From contig OZ241889.1 in the NCBI GenBank assembly GCA_965203355.1, positions 544,001-608,000 on the forward strand: DNA of 64,000 nt, given 5' to 3'. Below the pieces are notes generated by a model. The model was not told the DNA's origin. It worked only from the letters and a program-made list of their open reading frames with translations, and made no database searches. Below, one piece after another: positions 1 through 8,585 of the stretch. The stretch comes from Candidatus Latescibacterota bacterium. GTDB lineage: Bacteria; Latescibacterota; UBA2968; UBA8231. The position numbers and the translations under genes were made by a program. The first letter of the stretch is position 1, and the number at the start of each line of letters is the position of its first letter.

Positions 1-529
1 CTGTCGAGTGACCGTACGCGCCAACATCGATCGCTTGGTCGGCGGTGCCGGCGAGGAGACGATCATCGCCCGGGTCGGCGAGGGGATCGTCACCACTATC
101 GGCTCGGCCACGACGCACAAAGAGGTGCTCGAAAATCCCGATCTGATCTCCCGGCGAGTGCTGGAAAAGGGTCTCGACTCGGAGACGGCTTTTGAGATTC
201 TCTCGATTGACATCGCCGATGTCGATGTGGGCGAAAATATCGGCGCCAAGCTACAGACCGATCAGGCCGACGCCGACCTCAAAATCGCCCAAGCCAAGGC
301 CGAGGAACGCCGGGCCATGGCCCAGGCACGCGAGCAGGAGATGACGGCTCAAGTCGTGGAAATGGAATCGCGCGTCAAGGAAGCCGAAGCTGAAGTGCCG
401 CGGGCGATGGCCGAGGCCTTCCGCGAGGGCAATTTGGGTATTATGGACTACTACCGCATGCGCAATATCCAAGCTGATACGGATATGCGCGACTCAATTT
501 CCGAAAGCGGCGAGGAACGCGACAACTAG
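1..529 (+). CDS. floA: Flotillin-like protein FloA (YqfA family), 3' part; 5' end lies upstream of the window
   Basis: [37 protein letters not shown] and GNLGIMDYY motifs typical of YqfA/FloA. Confidence 0.9.
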   Translation, partial: CRVTVRANIDRLVGGAGEETIIARVGEGIVTTIGSATTHKEVLENPDLISRRVLEKGLDSETAFEILSIDIADVDVGENIGAKLQTDQADADLKIAQAKAEERRAMAQAREQEMTAQVVEMESRVKEAEAEVPRAMAEAFREGNLGIMDYYRMRNIQADTDMRDSISESGEERDN

Positions 530-532
530 GCC

Positions 533-1030
533 ATGGAACTTCTAATCTTTCTCCTCGCCATCCTGTTCAGCGTGTTTTCGGCGCTGATGGAGCGTCGCAA
601 GCGCCGCAGACAGGTCGAAGAGGCCCAACGGCAGCACGACGAGATCGAACAACAACAGCACACCGAAGGCCGTCCGGCTGCGCCCGTTGTCGTCGAGGAG
701 GAGAAGGAAGAAGAGCCGTCCTTTGGCTGGCCTTTTGACGGCGATCCCTTTGAGGAGCCGGTACTCGCCGAAGTCGATCCGGGCGAGGCTGAGCGGCAGG
801 CACTAGCAGCCGAGCGGGAGGCGCTAGCGGCCGAGCGACGCGCTGTGGCGGCTGAGCAACTAACGCTGGAGCGGCAGGCGGCGGCCAAGCCCCAAACAGC
901 CGAGAAGCAGCAGCCTCGTCGCTCCCGGAGGCGTTGGTTCCTCACGCCTCGGACGGCACGCGACGCGATCGTCTATATGGAAATACTCGGCAAGCCGAAG
1001 AGCGAACGAGAGGAGTGGTCCACGGTATAG
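533..1030 (+). CDS. Membrane-anchored hypothetical protein (YqfB-like partner of floA)
   Basis: N-terminal TM helix, charged coiled region, C-terminal ARDAIVYMEILGKPK motif; directly follows floA. Confidence 0.6.
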   Translation: MELLIFLLAILFSVFSALMERRKRRRQVEEAQRQHDEIEQQQHTEGRPAAPVVVEEEKEEEPSFGWPFDGDPFEEPVLAEVDPGEAERQALAAEREALAAERRAVAAEQLTLERQAAAKPQTAEKQQPRRSRRRWFLTPRTARDAIVYMEILGKPKSEREEWSTV

Positions 1031-1116
1031 CCGGAGTGGCGGAATTGGTAGACGCGCTGGATTCAAAATCCTGTATCCGCAAGGGTGTGTGGGTTCGAGT
1101 CCCACCTCCGGCACCA
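1030..1116 (+). tRNA. tRNA-Leu (anticodon CAA)
   Basis: GCCGGAG acceptor stem, D-loop GGAATTGGTAGAC, anticodon arm CTGGA-TTCAAAA-TCCTG, long variable arm, GGTTCGAGTCC T-arm, encoded CCA. Confidence 0.96.
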
Positions 1117-1131
1117 TTTTTTCCATTGCAC

Positions 1132-1163
1132 GCTAGCGATGCGAAGCCGCTCGCATCGCTAGC
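1132..1163 (+). terminator. Perfect 13-bp hairpin downstream of the tRNA (terminator or processing stem)
   Basis: GCTAGCGATGCGA-agccgc-TCGCATCGCTAGC; no strong U-tract. Confidence 0.5.
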
Positions 1164-1278
1164 ACCCTATGAGCCGCGCCATTTTGCCTTCCTGTTCTTC
1201 TCCCCTGTCTGTCGAAAGCCCAATCAACTTCTCCCCGTCTTTCGCACACATCTAAGTCCCGAAAGGAGATAAACCACT

Positions 1279-1446
1279 GTGACATCTCCGGAGATAAGGC
1301 GTCTCTTCGACATAATCTCGATACTCGTCCTAGTGATTGTAGTGCCGGCTTACCTCTTCTACCGCCTAGGACTCATTCTACTGATTGCAGTCCCGACAGC
1401 GTACCTCTTCTGCCGCCTAAGAACCGAACGCACGCTACGCCGCTAG
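1279..1446 (+). CDS. 55-aa small membrane protein with internal duplication (below the ORF-track cutoff)
   Basis: AAAGGAG RBS, GTG start; MTSPEIRRLFDIISILVLVIVVPAYLFYRLGLILLIAVPTAYLFCRLRTERTLRR*. Confidence 0.5.
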   Translation: MTSPEIRRLFDIISILVLVIVVPAYLFYRLGLILLIAVPTAYLFCRLRTERTLRR

Positions 1447-1571
1447 GCGGTCTTAGAGCGGCGGCTGTCTCGAGCAGTACACCGCCCCGGCGGCAGGGAA
1501 GCACACCCCGGCGACCGGATCTGGGCCGACGAGCAGATTCCGTATCGCTAACAAAAGCAGGAGACCGGGCG

Positions 1572-2318
1572 ATGGACCAAGCCGACCGCGACTTTTTTGC
1601 TACAAACGGCTATCTCAACTTAGGGCAATGGCTCGACAACGACGATGTGCAGTACTTCCGCACTATGTTCGATGGGGATATGAAAAGGTATCCCTACTTT
1701 TGGCACCCCTACGGCTACCACCAGCACACCAACTACGAGGCGTTGATCACCTCGCCGCAGTTCGACGAATTGATCCGCCACCCAAAGATATACCCGACGA
1801 TCGAGGCACTGATGGGCGGGCCGCTCTGCTTTGGCGAGATCGGGCTGCGGCTGATGCGGGCCTACGACGGCCCATTGCACCAAGGTTGGCACCGCGACAG
1901 GCCGCATTGGGACGAGCATCCGTTCCGCATGGACTACATCCAGCTCATGGTCTATCTGTCCGATGTGGACGAGGGGACGCATTGTTTTTCGCTGTCCCCG
2001 GAGTCGGTAAGCCAGCCAGTGCTCGACGATAAGGAAGCACAGCTCAAGCGGGGCGGCGAGTACCACTTGCATGGGCCAGCCGGGACCTGCGCGCTGTTTA
2101 ACGTGGCCGTACTACACACAGCGACAACCCGGCCCACGCAAGCCGAGCGGCGGACCGTGCAGATTTACTACGGGCATCGCAATCGGACGCCGCTGGCGAA
2201 TGATTCGAGCATTCCGGCGGCGTTTTGGCGGGATAGCAAGAATGCAGAGACGCGGGCTTTCTACGGCGTTTTGAACGAGCGAACCAAGGTGTATTTGGCG
2301 GCATTTCCCGGAGCTTGA
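1572..2318 (+). CDS. Phytanoyl-CoA dioxygenase (PhyH) family Fe(II)/2OG oxygenase
   Basis: FFATNGYL N-terminus, WHRD (HxD) and distal VLH. Confidence 0.8.
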   Translation: MDQADRDFFATNGYLNLGQWLDNDDVQYFRTMFDGDMKRYPYFWHPYGYHQHTNYEALITSPQFDELIRHPKIYPTIEALMGGPLCFGEIGLRLMRAYDGPLHQGWHRDRPHWDEHPFRMDYIQLMVYLSDVDEGTHCFSLSPESVSQPVLDDKEAQLKRGGEYHLHGPAGTCALFNVAVLHTATTRPTQAERRTVQIYYGHRNRTPLANDSSIPAAFWRDSKNAETRAFYGVLNERTKVYLAAFPGA

Positions 2319-2348
2319 CCCATTCTCTTTCTTTAGGGCGGAGAGATT

Positions 2349-3527
2349 TTGCACACACCTCTGTTGAACATCGCCCCCACTGATCTGATAGACATTGCAG
2401 TCGTCGCGTTGCTGCTTTGGGGTTTAGTGGTCTGGACCCGCCGAGCGCGAATGGCCCTATTCGGTTTGGCTTTTTTAGGCATCTTCTACCACCTAATAGC
2501 GCAGCAATTCAAGTTGCAGATAACAACTTGGATCTTCCAAGGCTTTTTCGCGGCGTTAGTGGTGGTGGTAGTGGTGGTGTTCCAAGACGATTTGCGCCGG
2601 CTCTTTGAGCAGATCGCCACGCTCAGTCTGCGCCGCAAGGCTCCACGCCCGGATCCTTCCAGCTTGGCAACGCTGACTAGGGGATTGTATCAGTTGGCCG
2701 CGAAAAGACGCGGCGCCTTGGTGGTCCTGCCGGGGCGCGAACCGATAGAGCGGCACTTTTTGCAGCATGGGGTCCCTTTGGACGCGGAGATCAGCGAAGA
2801 GCTTCTCGACAGCCTTTTCGACCCCGGTTCGGCTGGGCACGACGGCGCACTGGTGATGCAGAATAATAGGATCAAGGTGTTTGGCGTACATTTGCCGCTT
2901 TCCGAGAATGGGGATGAATTGAAGGGAGGCGGTACGCGGCATGCGGCCGCGCTAGGCCTAGCCGAACGCAGCGATGCCCTGTGTCTGGTCGTATCAGAGG
3001 AGCGCGGCACCATCGGGATTGCCGTGCGAGGGCGGCTTGAGATGCTGGGCAATCCTACCGAACCTATCAAACCGGGCGATTTGCGGGACCAAATCCAAGA
3101 CCACTTAGCGCATACGGGGACCCAAGTGAAGGACCACCGGGTCGAGTGGCGCTGGTTGGGGCGGCGCTTGGTGGAAGGTCTTTTGTCCTTGGCCTTGGCC
3201 TTGGGTGCGTGGCTGATCTTTGTGCCGGTCGAGAAGGCGGTCCTCCAAGTGCGAGTAGAAGCGGAGAACGTGCCCGAAGGATATGCGCTAACGGCCATCA
3301 GCCCCCAAGAGGTAGAGGTAGAGGTAGCCGGTCCGCGGCGGGCCATGTTGTTGGCGAGCAATGCGGATTTCCAGGTCGTCATTGACGCCGATCTCGTCCG
3401 ACTGCAACGGCGGACCTTTGAGGTATCCGTCCAGTCCGTGCGCCATGCAACCGGGTTGGAGATCAAAAGCATCAAGCCAGACAAGGTGAAACTAACCGTG
3501 CAGCAAGCGCGAGGAGGAGCGCGATGA
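2349..3527 (+). CDS. Diadenylate cyclase (CdaA-type, 3 TM) fused to a YbbR/CdaR-like domain
   Basis: Three N-terminal TM helices, FQDDLRRLFE, HDGA, GTRHAAA, VVSEERG; then a further TM helix and beta-rich VPEGY...VEVAGPRR YbbR-like C-terminus. Confidence 0.85.
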   Translation: MHTPLLNIAPTDLIDIAVVALLLWGLVVWTRRARMALFGLAFLGIFYHLIAQQFKLQITTWIFQGFFAALVVVVVVVFQDDLRRLFEQIATLSLRRKAPRPDPSSLATLTRGLYQLAAKRRGALVVLPGREPIERHFLQHGVPLDAEISEELLDSLFDPGSAGHDGALVMQNNRIKVFGVHLPLSENGDELKGGGTRHAAALGLAERSDALCLVVSEERGTIGIAVRGRLEMLGNPTEPIKPGDLRDQIQDHLAHTGTQVKDHRVEWRWLGRRLVEGLLSLALALGAWLIFVPVEKAVLQVRVEAENVPEGYALTAISPQEVEVEVAGPRRAMLLASNADFQVVIDADLVRLQRRTFEVSVQSVRHATGLEIKSIKPDKVKLTVQQARGGAR

Positions 3528-3790
3528 AAATCGCCTTGCACGACAGCGGCGAAGAACACTTGCAGCTCGTGCGCCAACTAGGCGTCGAGTACGTGGGGCC
3601 GGGGAAATCCAAGGTCCTAGCGGTGGCCGACCTCGTGCAGAAAAAGGAATACTACGCCGAGCGCGGCCCGAGCTGGGACGCGAGCGAAAATCTACTACAA
3701 GGCTCTGCCCGCATGGCAGCGGGTGGGGTTTGCCGGACCGCTGTGCCCGACACCGGCCTGCGACTTGGGGGCACTACAACTGTGAGAGGA
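3524..3790 (+). pseudogene. Internally deleted mannonate-dehydratase (UxuA)-like remnant
   Basis: N-terminus MKIAL...LVRQLGVEYV...DLVQKKE resembles the two intact UxuA in the window; another frame gives QRVGFAGPLCP, like the UxuA C-terminal GFxGxLxPDH. Confidence 0.55.
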
Positions 3791-3795
3791 GCCGC

Positions 3796-4530
3796 ATGGC
3801 ACTGAGCGAGCAACAGATCGCGTTTTTTAAGCAACAAGGGTATTTGATCATAGAAAACTTCATCGCGCCGGAGCAGATAGCCAGCTGGCGCGGGCAGTTC
3901 TGGAATCACGTAGAGGCCGATCCAGCAAACCCGGCGAGTTGGCCCAATAGCTATGCGATCGACGGGTTTGCGGTTGAACCTGCCTTTGGGCAGCTTCCGC
4001 AGATGCAGGCCGTGGTCGAGACGCTGGGCGGCGGAAAATTTAGCGGCGGCGGCGGATCCATGCTGGTGCAGTGGCCGCGCTTGGGGGAGGCGTGGGACTG
4101 GCCGAGCCAAGGGCATATCGACGGCTACGGGCCGGGGGGTTGGAGCGGCGGTTTTATGCTGGGGGCAACGGCCTATCTCGACGATGTGGAAGCAGACGGC
4201 GGGGCCTTTGTTTACTGGCCCCAAAGCCATCTGCCAACCCACGCGTACTTCCGCGCGCATCCCACCCATATCGACGGCAGTTTCCGCGACCGCAAGAATT
4301 GGGAGCCGCGCCAATGGGGGTTGTTTTCAGACCGTTCGCCTCAAGGGCCGGAGCAATTTGTGGCGCGAGCCGGGGACGTAATTTTCTGGCACTGCTTTCT
4401 GTGCCACACTGGCTCGGCCAATATCCGCCCTAAGCCGCGGCTAGGGCTTTTCGCCCGCTGGCACTATGCCGAACGCGAAGCCATGCGCTACGAGGTGCCG
4501 GAGGACCTGTGGAAGTATTGGGCGATCTAG
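3796..4530 (+). CDS. PhyH-family Fe(II)/2OG oxygenase
   Basis: LSEQQIAFFKQQGYL, GHID (HxD), GDVIFWHCFLCH; GAGGAG RBS before the ATG at 3796. Confidence 0.8.
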   Translation: MALSEQQIAFFKQQGYLIIENFIAPEQIASWRGQFWNHVEADPANPASWPNSYAIDGFAVEPAFGQLPQMQAVVETLGGGKFSGGGGSMLVQWPRLGEAWDWPSQGHIDGYGPGGWSGGFMLGATAYLDDVEADGGAFVYWPQSHLPTHAYFRAHPTHIDGSFRDRKNWEPRQWGLFSDRSPQGPEQFVARAGDVIFWHCFLCHTGSANIRPKPRLGLFARWHYAEREAMRYEVPEDLWKYWAI

Positions 4531-4636
4531 CAGTTCAGCCACCGGCAAAATTTGCCCGTTTCGACAAAATCGTCTAACTTGTACGGTTTTGTAACATTAT
4601 GCCCGTTACCATTCACCTGCATCCTCGGGAGCTACA

Positions 4637-4885
4637 ATGGCCAAGTCGATGTTTTCTCGGGAAGTCGCCCTCAAGCTAGAAGGCGAAATCAACGCCTTTC
4701 GAGCCTGCCGCAGCCTGTCGCAACGCGCGCGAGACATTAACACAGAGCGCAAGCGGAGAGAAGCCGAAGGCGAAATTTCTGAGGAAGAGTCGCCCAATTC
4801 GTCGGCCGGTGCCATGCTGGATTTTGCCGAGGGGCGCATTACCCTCGCGTCAGAAGAGAGTGTGGACTTAGACGTCCACCGCTAG
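4637..4885 (+). CDS. Probable RNA polymerase omega subunit-like protein (divergent)
   Basis: 82 aa; NAFRACRSLSQRARDIN...AMLDFAEGRI resembles RpoZ NxYxxxxxxxxRARQI...AlxExxxGxI. Confidence 0.5.
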   Translation: MAKSMFSREVALKLEGEINAFRACRSLSQRARDINTERKRREAEGEISEEESPNSSAGAMLDFAEGRITLASEESVDLDVHR

Positions 4886-4991
4886 CGACAGCCCATCTGG
4901 CCCGTCGCCAACGAAAAAGCCAACACATAGCCGTCGCGCCTGACTGGGAAGAGCTGGGGCGGGACTGCGTACTCGGCGGAAAGGAGGCGTC

Positions 4992-5930
4992 ATGGGCGTA
5001 AAAAAAAATTGCTGTCCCCGCCGCCGCTGGGGCAAGACCGAACTCTCCATACCCGTAATCCCATTTGGGACGCAGGGCTTTGGCGGCCATTTCGGGCCGG
5101 TTGGCGACGAAGAGGCCATGGCCCTGATGCGCCAGGCCGTTGACTTGGGCGTCAATCACTTCGACTGCGCTCGTTGCTACGGCGACTCGCTGCGCAAGCT
5201 GGGCCGTGCGATCAAGGAAGGCGTCATCGCCCGCTGCGAGATCATCATCAGCGGGCGCGTCTGCTGCCACAGCGCTGCTGAATGGGGCGGCTACGGCGAG
5301 GGGCGGCCCGACTACTCGGCGGCGCGGGTCTTGGCCGATGCCGAAGACCAGCTAGCGATTTTGGGGATCGAAAAATTCGACGTGCTCTTCCTCCACGATC
5401 CGCCCGAGATAGAACCAACCCTTGAGACGAACGGCGCACTCGAAGGGCTGGAACAGGTGCGCCAGCGGGGTGCCGTGGATTTCATCGGCTATGGCATGCA
5501 CCCCCACGACTTTCACCTCGCGCACATTGCGTCAGGCCGCACCGACGCGATGCTGTGCTTCAGCGACTACAACTTGCTCCGGCAGAGTGCTGCCGACGCC
5601 ATTCTGCCAGCCGCCGCCGCCGCGGACCTCGGAGTGCTCAACGGCTGGTCGATCATGCGAGGCTGGCTGACCGGCGTACCCGTGGAGCACTTTGTACCCC
5701 GCGATAAGTGGGGCGAAGACCAGCATCGGGCCGAGGCCATGCGCTTATGGTGCAACGAGCAGGGCATCGACATGTTGGAACTGGCGTTGCAATTTTGCCT
5801 GCGCGAGGAGCGGATCCACGGCAACCCCATCGGCGCGCTGAACGTCGAGCAGCTAGAGCGGAACGTCGCGGCCGCCATGGCGACCGTCTCCGACGAAACA
5901 ATCGCCGCTTTTGTCGCCGCAGGACGCTAG
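4992..5930 (+). CDS. Aldo/keto reductase
   Basis: RRWGKTEL..IPFG, GVNHFDCARCYG, LFLHD. Confidence 0.85.
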   Translation: MGVKKNCCPRRRWGKTELSIPVIPFGTQGFGGHFGPVGDEEAMALMRQAVDLGVNHFDCARCYGDSLRKLGRAIKEGVIARCEIIISGRVCCHSAAEWGGYGEGRPDYSAARVLADAEDQLAILGIEKFDVLFLHDPPEIEPTLETNGALEGLEQVRQRGAVDFIGYGMHPHDFHLAHIASGRTDAMLCFSDYNLLRQSAADAILPAAAAADLGVLNGWSIMRGWLTGVPVEHFVPRDKWGEDQHRAEAMRLWCNEQGIDMLELALQFCLREERIHGNPIGALNVEQLERNVAAAMATVSDETIAAFVAAGR

Positions 5931-5990
5931 GGGTGTTCCGTACTTTCCGCCCGCCAAACCCTATAACTCGATTACCATCAAAGGAGGGGC

Positions 5991-6761
5991 ATGAGCGCTG
6001 CTGAAGAGTACTACGCACAGACGATGGAGCGATTGCAACGTCTGCGCGATACGCAAATGGACGCTATAGACCAAGCCGCCGAAATTTGCACCGAGAGCAT
6101 TGCCAACCGGGGGTTGGTCTTTCTTTTTGGCGCGGGGCACTCGCGCATGATGTGCGAGGAAATGACGCCGCGCCAAGGATGCTTCGTAGGCTTTTTTGCG
6201 TTGGTCGAGCTCGCGGTATCGAACCATGCGTCAACCGTCGGCACCAATGGGTTGCGCGGGCCGCTCTTTCTGGAGCAGTACGAAGGCTACGCCGAGGAGA
6301 TTCTCCAAGGGTTCAAGTTCGGGCCGCACGATGCCTTTATCTTAATTTCGACGAGTGGCATTCGGCCCTTGATCGTCGAGATGGCCATGGGGGCTAAGGC
6401 GCGGGGCTTGCCGGTGATTGCCATGCTGTCAAAGCCGCACGGCGCCCAGTCGCCGCCCGCGCACTCGTCGGGCCAGAAGCTGATGGATGTGGCCGATGTC
6501 GTTCTCGACAACCAATGTCCGCCAGGGGATTGCGTACTCGAGCTAGCGGGGTTGGAGTGGCGGACCGGGCCGGTATCGACGGTGACCGGCGCGATGATGA
6601 TGAACATGCTGCGCTGCGAAGTGGCCGCGCGACTGTTGGCGCGGGGGATCAAGCCGGAGCTATTGCCAAGCCATCAGTTTGTCGGCAATGTAAGCGCGGA
6701 AGAGCAGCTAGCGCGATTTTACGAGGGCTATCGCAAGAGCCTCAAGCATTTGTACGAGTAG
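5991..6761 (+). CDS. SIS-domain sugar isomerase family protein
   Basis: FLFGAGHSRM, LISTSG, ADVVLDN..PPGD, GPVST. Confidence 0.85.
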   Translation: MSAAEEYYAQTMERLQRLRDTQMDAIDQAAEICTESIANRGLVFLFGAGHSRMMCEEMTPRQGCFVGFFALVELAVSNHASTVGTNGLRGPLFLEQYEGYAEEILQGFKFGPHDAFILISTSGIRPLIVEMAMGAKARGLPVIAMLSKPHGAQSPPAHSSGQKLMDVADVVLDNQCPPGDCVLELAGLEWRTGPVSTVTGAMMMNMLRCEVAARLLARGIKPELLPSHQFVGNVSAEEQLARFYEGYRKSLKHLYE

Positions 6762-6813
6762 TGCTCCATTTCCGTTCCAACGCCTCATTTACAAACTCCC
6801 TTCTACCGAAACC

Positions 6814-7593
6814 GTGGGTGTGCTCGCCAACAAAATTTGTCTAATTACCGGCTCCACCGGCATCGCCGAGGCCACGGCACTACACGCAGCCGAGGAGGGA
6901 GCCAAGGTATTCGTCACCTCGCGGACGGAAACAAACTGTCGGGCCTTGGCCGAGAAGCTGGGGAAGCAGGGGGCGCACTGGGCCGCCGATCTGACGCAGC
7001 GGGAACAAGTCGCCGAGACCGTGCGGGCCTGCGTGGAGCAGTGGGGGCGGATCGATGGGTTGTTCAATGTGGCGGGGATCAGCGGGCGGCGCTTTGGCGA
7101 CGGGCCCCTGCACGAGTGTACAGAGGAAGGGTGGGACGCGACGTTGAACGCCAACGCGAAAAGCATGTTTTTGGTGTGCCGCGCCGTGCTACAACAGATG
7201 TTGCTCCAAGAACGGCACACGGACGGCGCACGGGGGGCGATCCTCAACATGGCTAGTGTGTTGGCCTTTGCGCCAGAGCGGAAGTTTTTCGCCGCGCATG
7301 CCTATGCGGCGAGCAAAGGGGCGATTGTGGCACTGAGTAAGGCTATGGCCAGCTACTACGCGCCGCACGGAATTCGGGTCAATGCCATTGCGCCCGCGCT
7401 GGTGGAGACGCCCATGAGCAAGCGGGCCGGAGAAAGCGCGGAGATCATGGCGTTTATGCGCGACAAGCAGCCACTTGGGGCGATGATGAGCACCGAAGAT
7501 GTGGCTGGGATGGCGGTCTTTTTGCTGGGGGATCGAGCGCGGGCCATTACCGGAACGGTGGCAACCGTAGATGCAGGTTGGTGCGTAAGTTGA
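6814..7593 (+). CDS. SDR family NAD(P)-dependent oxidoreductase
   Basis: TGSTGIA, NVAG, YAASK catalytic motif, IRVNAIAP. Confidence 0.9.
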   Translation: MGVLANKICLITGSTGIAEATALHAAEEGAKVFVTSRTETNCRALAEKLGKQGAHWAADLTQREQVAETVRACVEQWGRIDGLFNVAGISGRRFGDGPLHECTEEGWDATLNANAKSMFLVCRAVLQQMLLQERHTDGARGAILNMASVLAFAPERKFFAAHAYAASKGAIVALSKAMASYYAPHGIRVNAIAPALVETPMSKRAGESAEIMAFMRDKQPLGAMMSTEDVAGMAVFLLGDRARAITGTVATVDAGWCVS

Positions 7594-7607
7594 CGCCAGG
7601 AGGGCGC

Positions 7608-8585
7608 ATGAAAGAATACGTCATTGGCTTTGACGTGGGCGGCACTCGGGTCAAAAGCGGCGCGGTGACTCGGCGCGGGCGGATGCTGGCACCGGGGCTC
7701 AATCCGTCGGGGTTTGCGCTCGGCATGGGCAACCTGCTGAAGACGCTCCAAGGTGAAGTCGCACGGATTTCCCAGCAGTTGGGCGGCAAGCCACAGGCCA
7801 TTGGCTTGGGCTTTCCCGGTGCGGTGGAGCCGGAGGTCGGGGTGGTGTACATGCCGGGGAAAATTAAAGGGCTTGAAGGGTATCCGATCGTCGAGCGGCT
7901 GGCCAAGGCTACGGGTCTGCCGGTCATCGCCGACAACGACGGCCGCATCTCCATCTACGCCGAGCGCTACTACGGCCTAGCGCGAGATGTCGAGTGGGCG
8001 GTGACGCTCACCCTCGGCACCGGCGTCGGCTCCGGGGTTTTGCTCGACGGCAAGATTTTGCGCGATCCGCATCTGCAATTCGGAACGCAAATGAGCCACA
8101 TCGTCATGCAGGCTCTTGGCGGGCGGCTGTGCCTGACCAACGCACGGGGCACGGCCGAGATGATGTGCTCGGCCACGGCGCTGACGCAGCAGGTGCGGGA
8201 CGGGCTGGCGCGCGGCATTCCCTCGGTGTTGAGCGACCAGTACTTCAAAGACCCCAACTCCATCGACTTCAAGGCCATAATCCGCGGCGTGAAGCGCCAA
8301 GACCGGCTCTGCGTTGACGAGCTGGAGCACTGGACTCGCAACTTGGGCTGGCTGCTGGTGAGCGCGGTACACGTGTATGCTCCTCTGCGCATCATCCTCA
8401 GCGGCGGAGCGACCAACGCGGCCGAGTACTTTCTCAAACCCCTGCAAAAGCAAGTTGACAACCACTTATTCCGCTATCCAGCCGACGCCGGCGTACCCAT
8501 CGCGCTATCCAAGCTGCGCGACCACGCCGGCGTTTTGGGGACCGCGGCCCTGGCTTGGGAAAAAGCCGATGGAGAAAAGACGTGA
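7608..8585 (+). CDS. ROK family sugar kinase
   Basis: IGFDVGGT, DNDG, TLGTGVGSG, IILSGG. Confidence 0.88.
   Translation: MKEYVIGFDVGGTRVKSGAVTRRGRMLAPGLNPSGFALGMGNLLKTLQGEVARISQQLGGKPQAIGLGFPGAVEPEVGVVYMPGKIKGLEGYPIVERLAKATGLPVIADNDGRISIYAERYYGLARDVEWAVTLTLGTGVGSGVLLDGKILRDPHLQFGTQMSHIVMQALGGRLCLTNARGTAEMMCSATALTQQVRDGLARGIPSVLSDQYFKDPNSIDFKAIIRGVKRQDRLCVDELEHWTRNLGWLLVSAVHVYAPLRIILSGGATNAAEYFLKPLQKQVDNHLFRYPADAGVPIALSKLRDHAGVLGTAALAWEKADGEKT

Noticed and set aside
1090-1116. tRNA-Leu 3' end as the att site of an island
   Set aside because: No second copy of the tRNA 3' end was seen in the window, and the downstream genes have backbone-like composition.
1447-1551. Possible 3' gene relic (...DRIWADEQIPYR*)
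   Set aside because: Too short to assign to a family without a search.
5000-5008. A9 homopolymer near the start of the aldo/keto reductase as a phase-variation tract
   Set aside because: Short, in frame and in a cytoplasmic enzyme; no evidence of variation.
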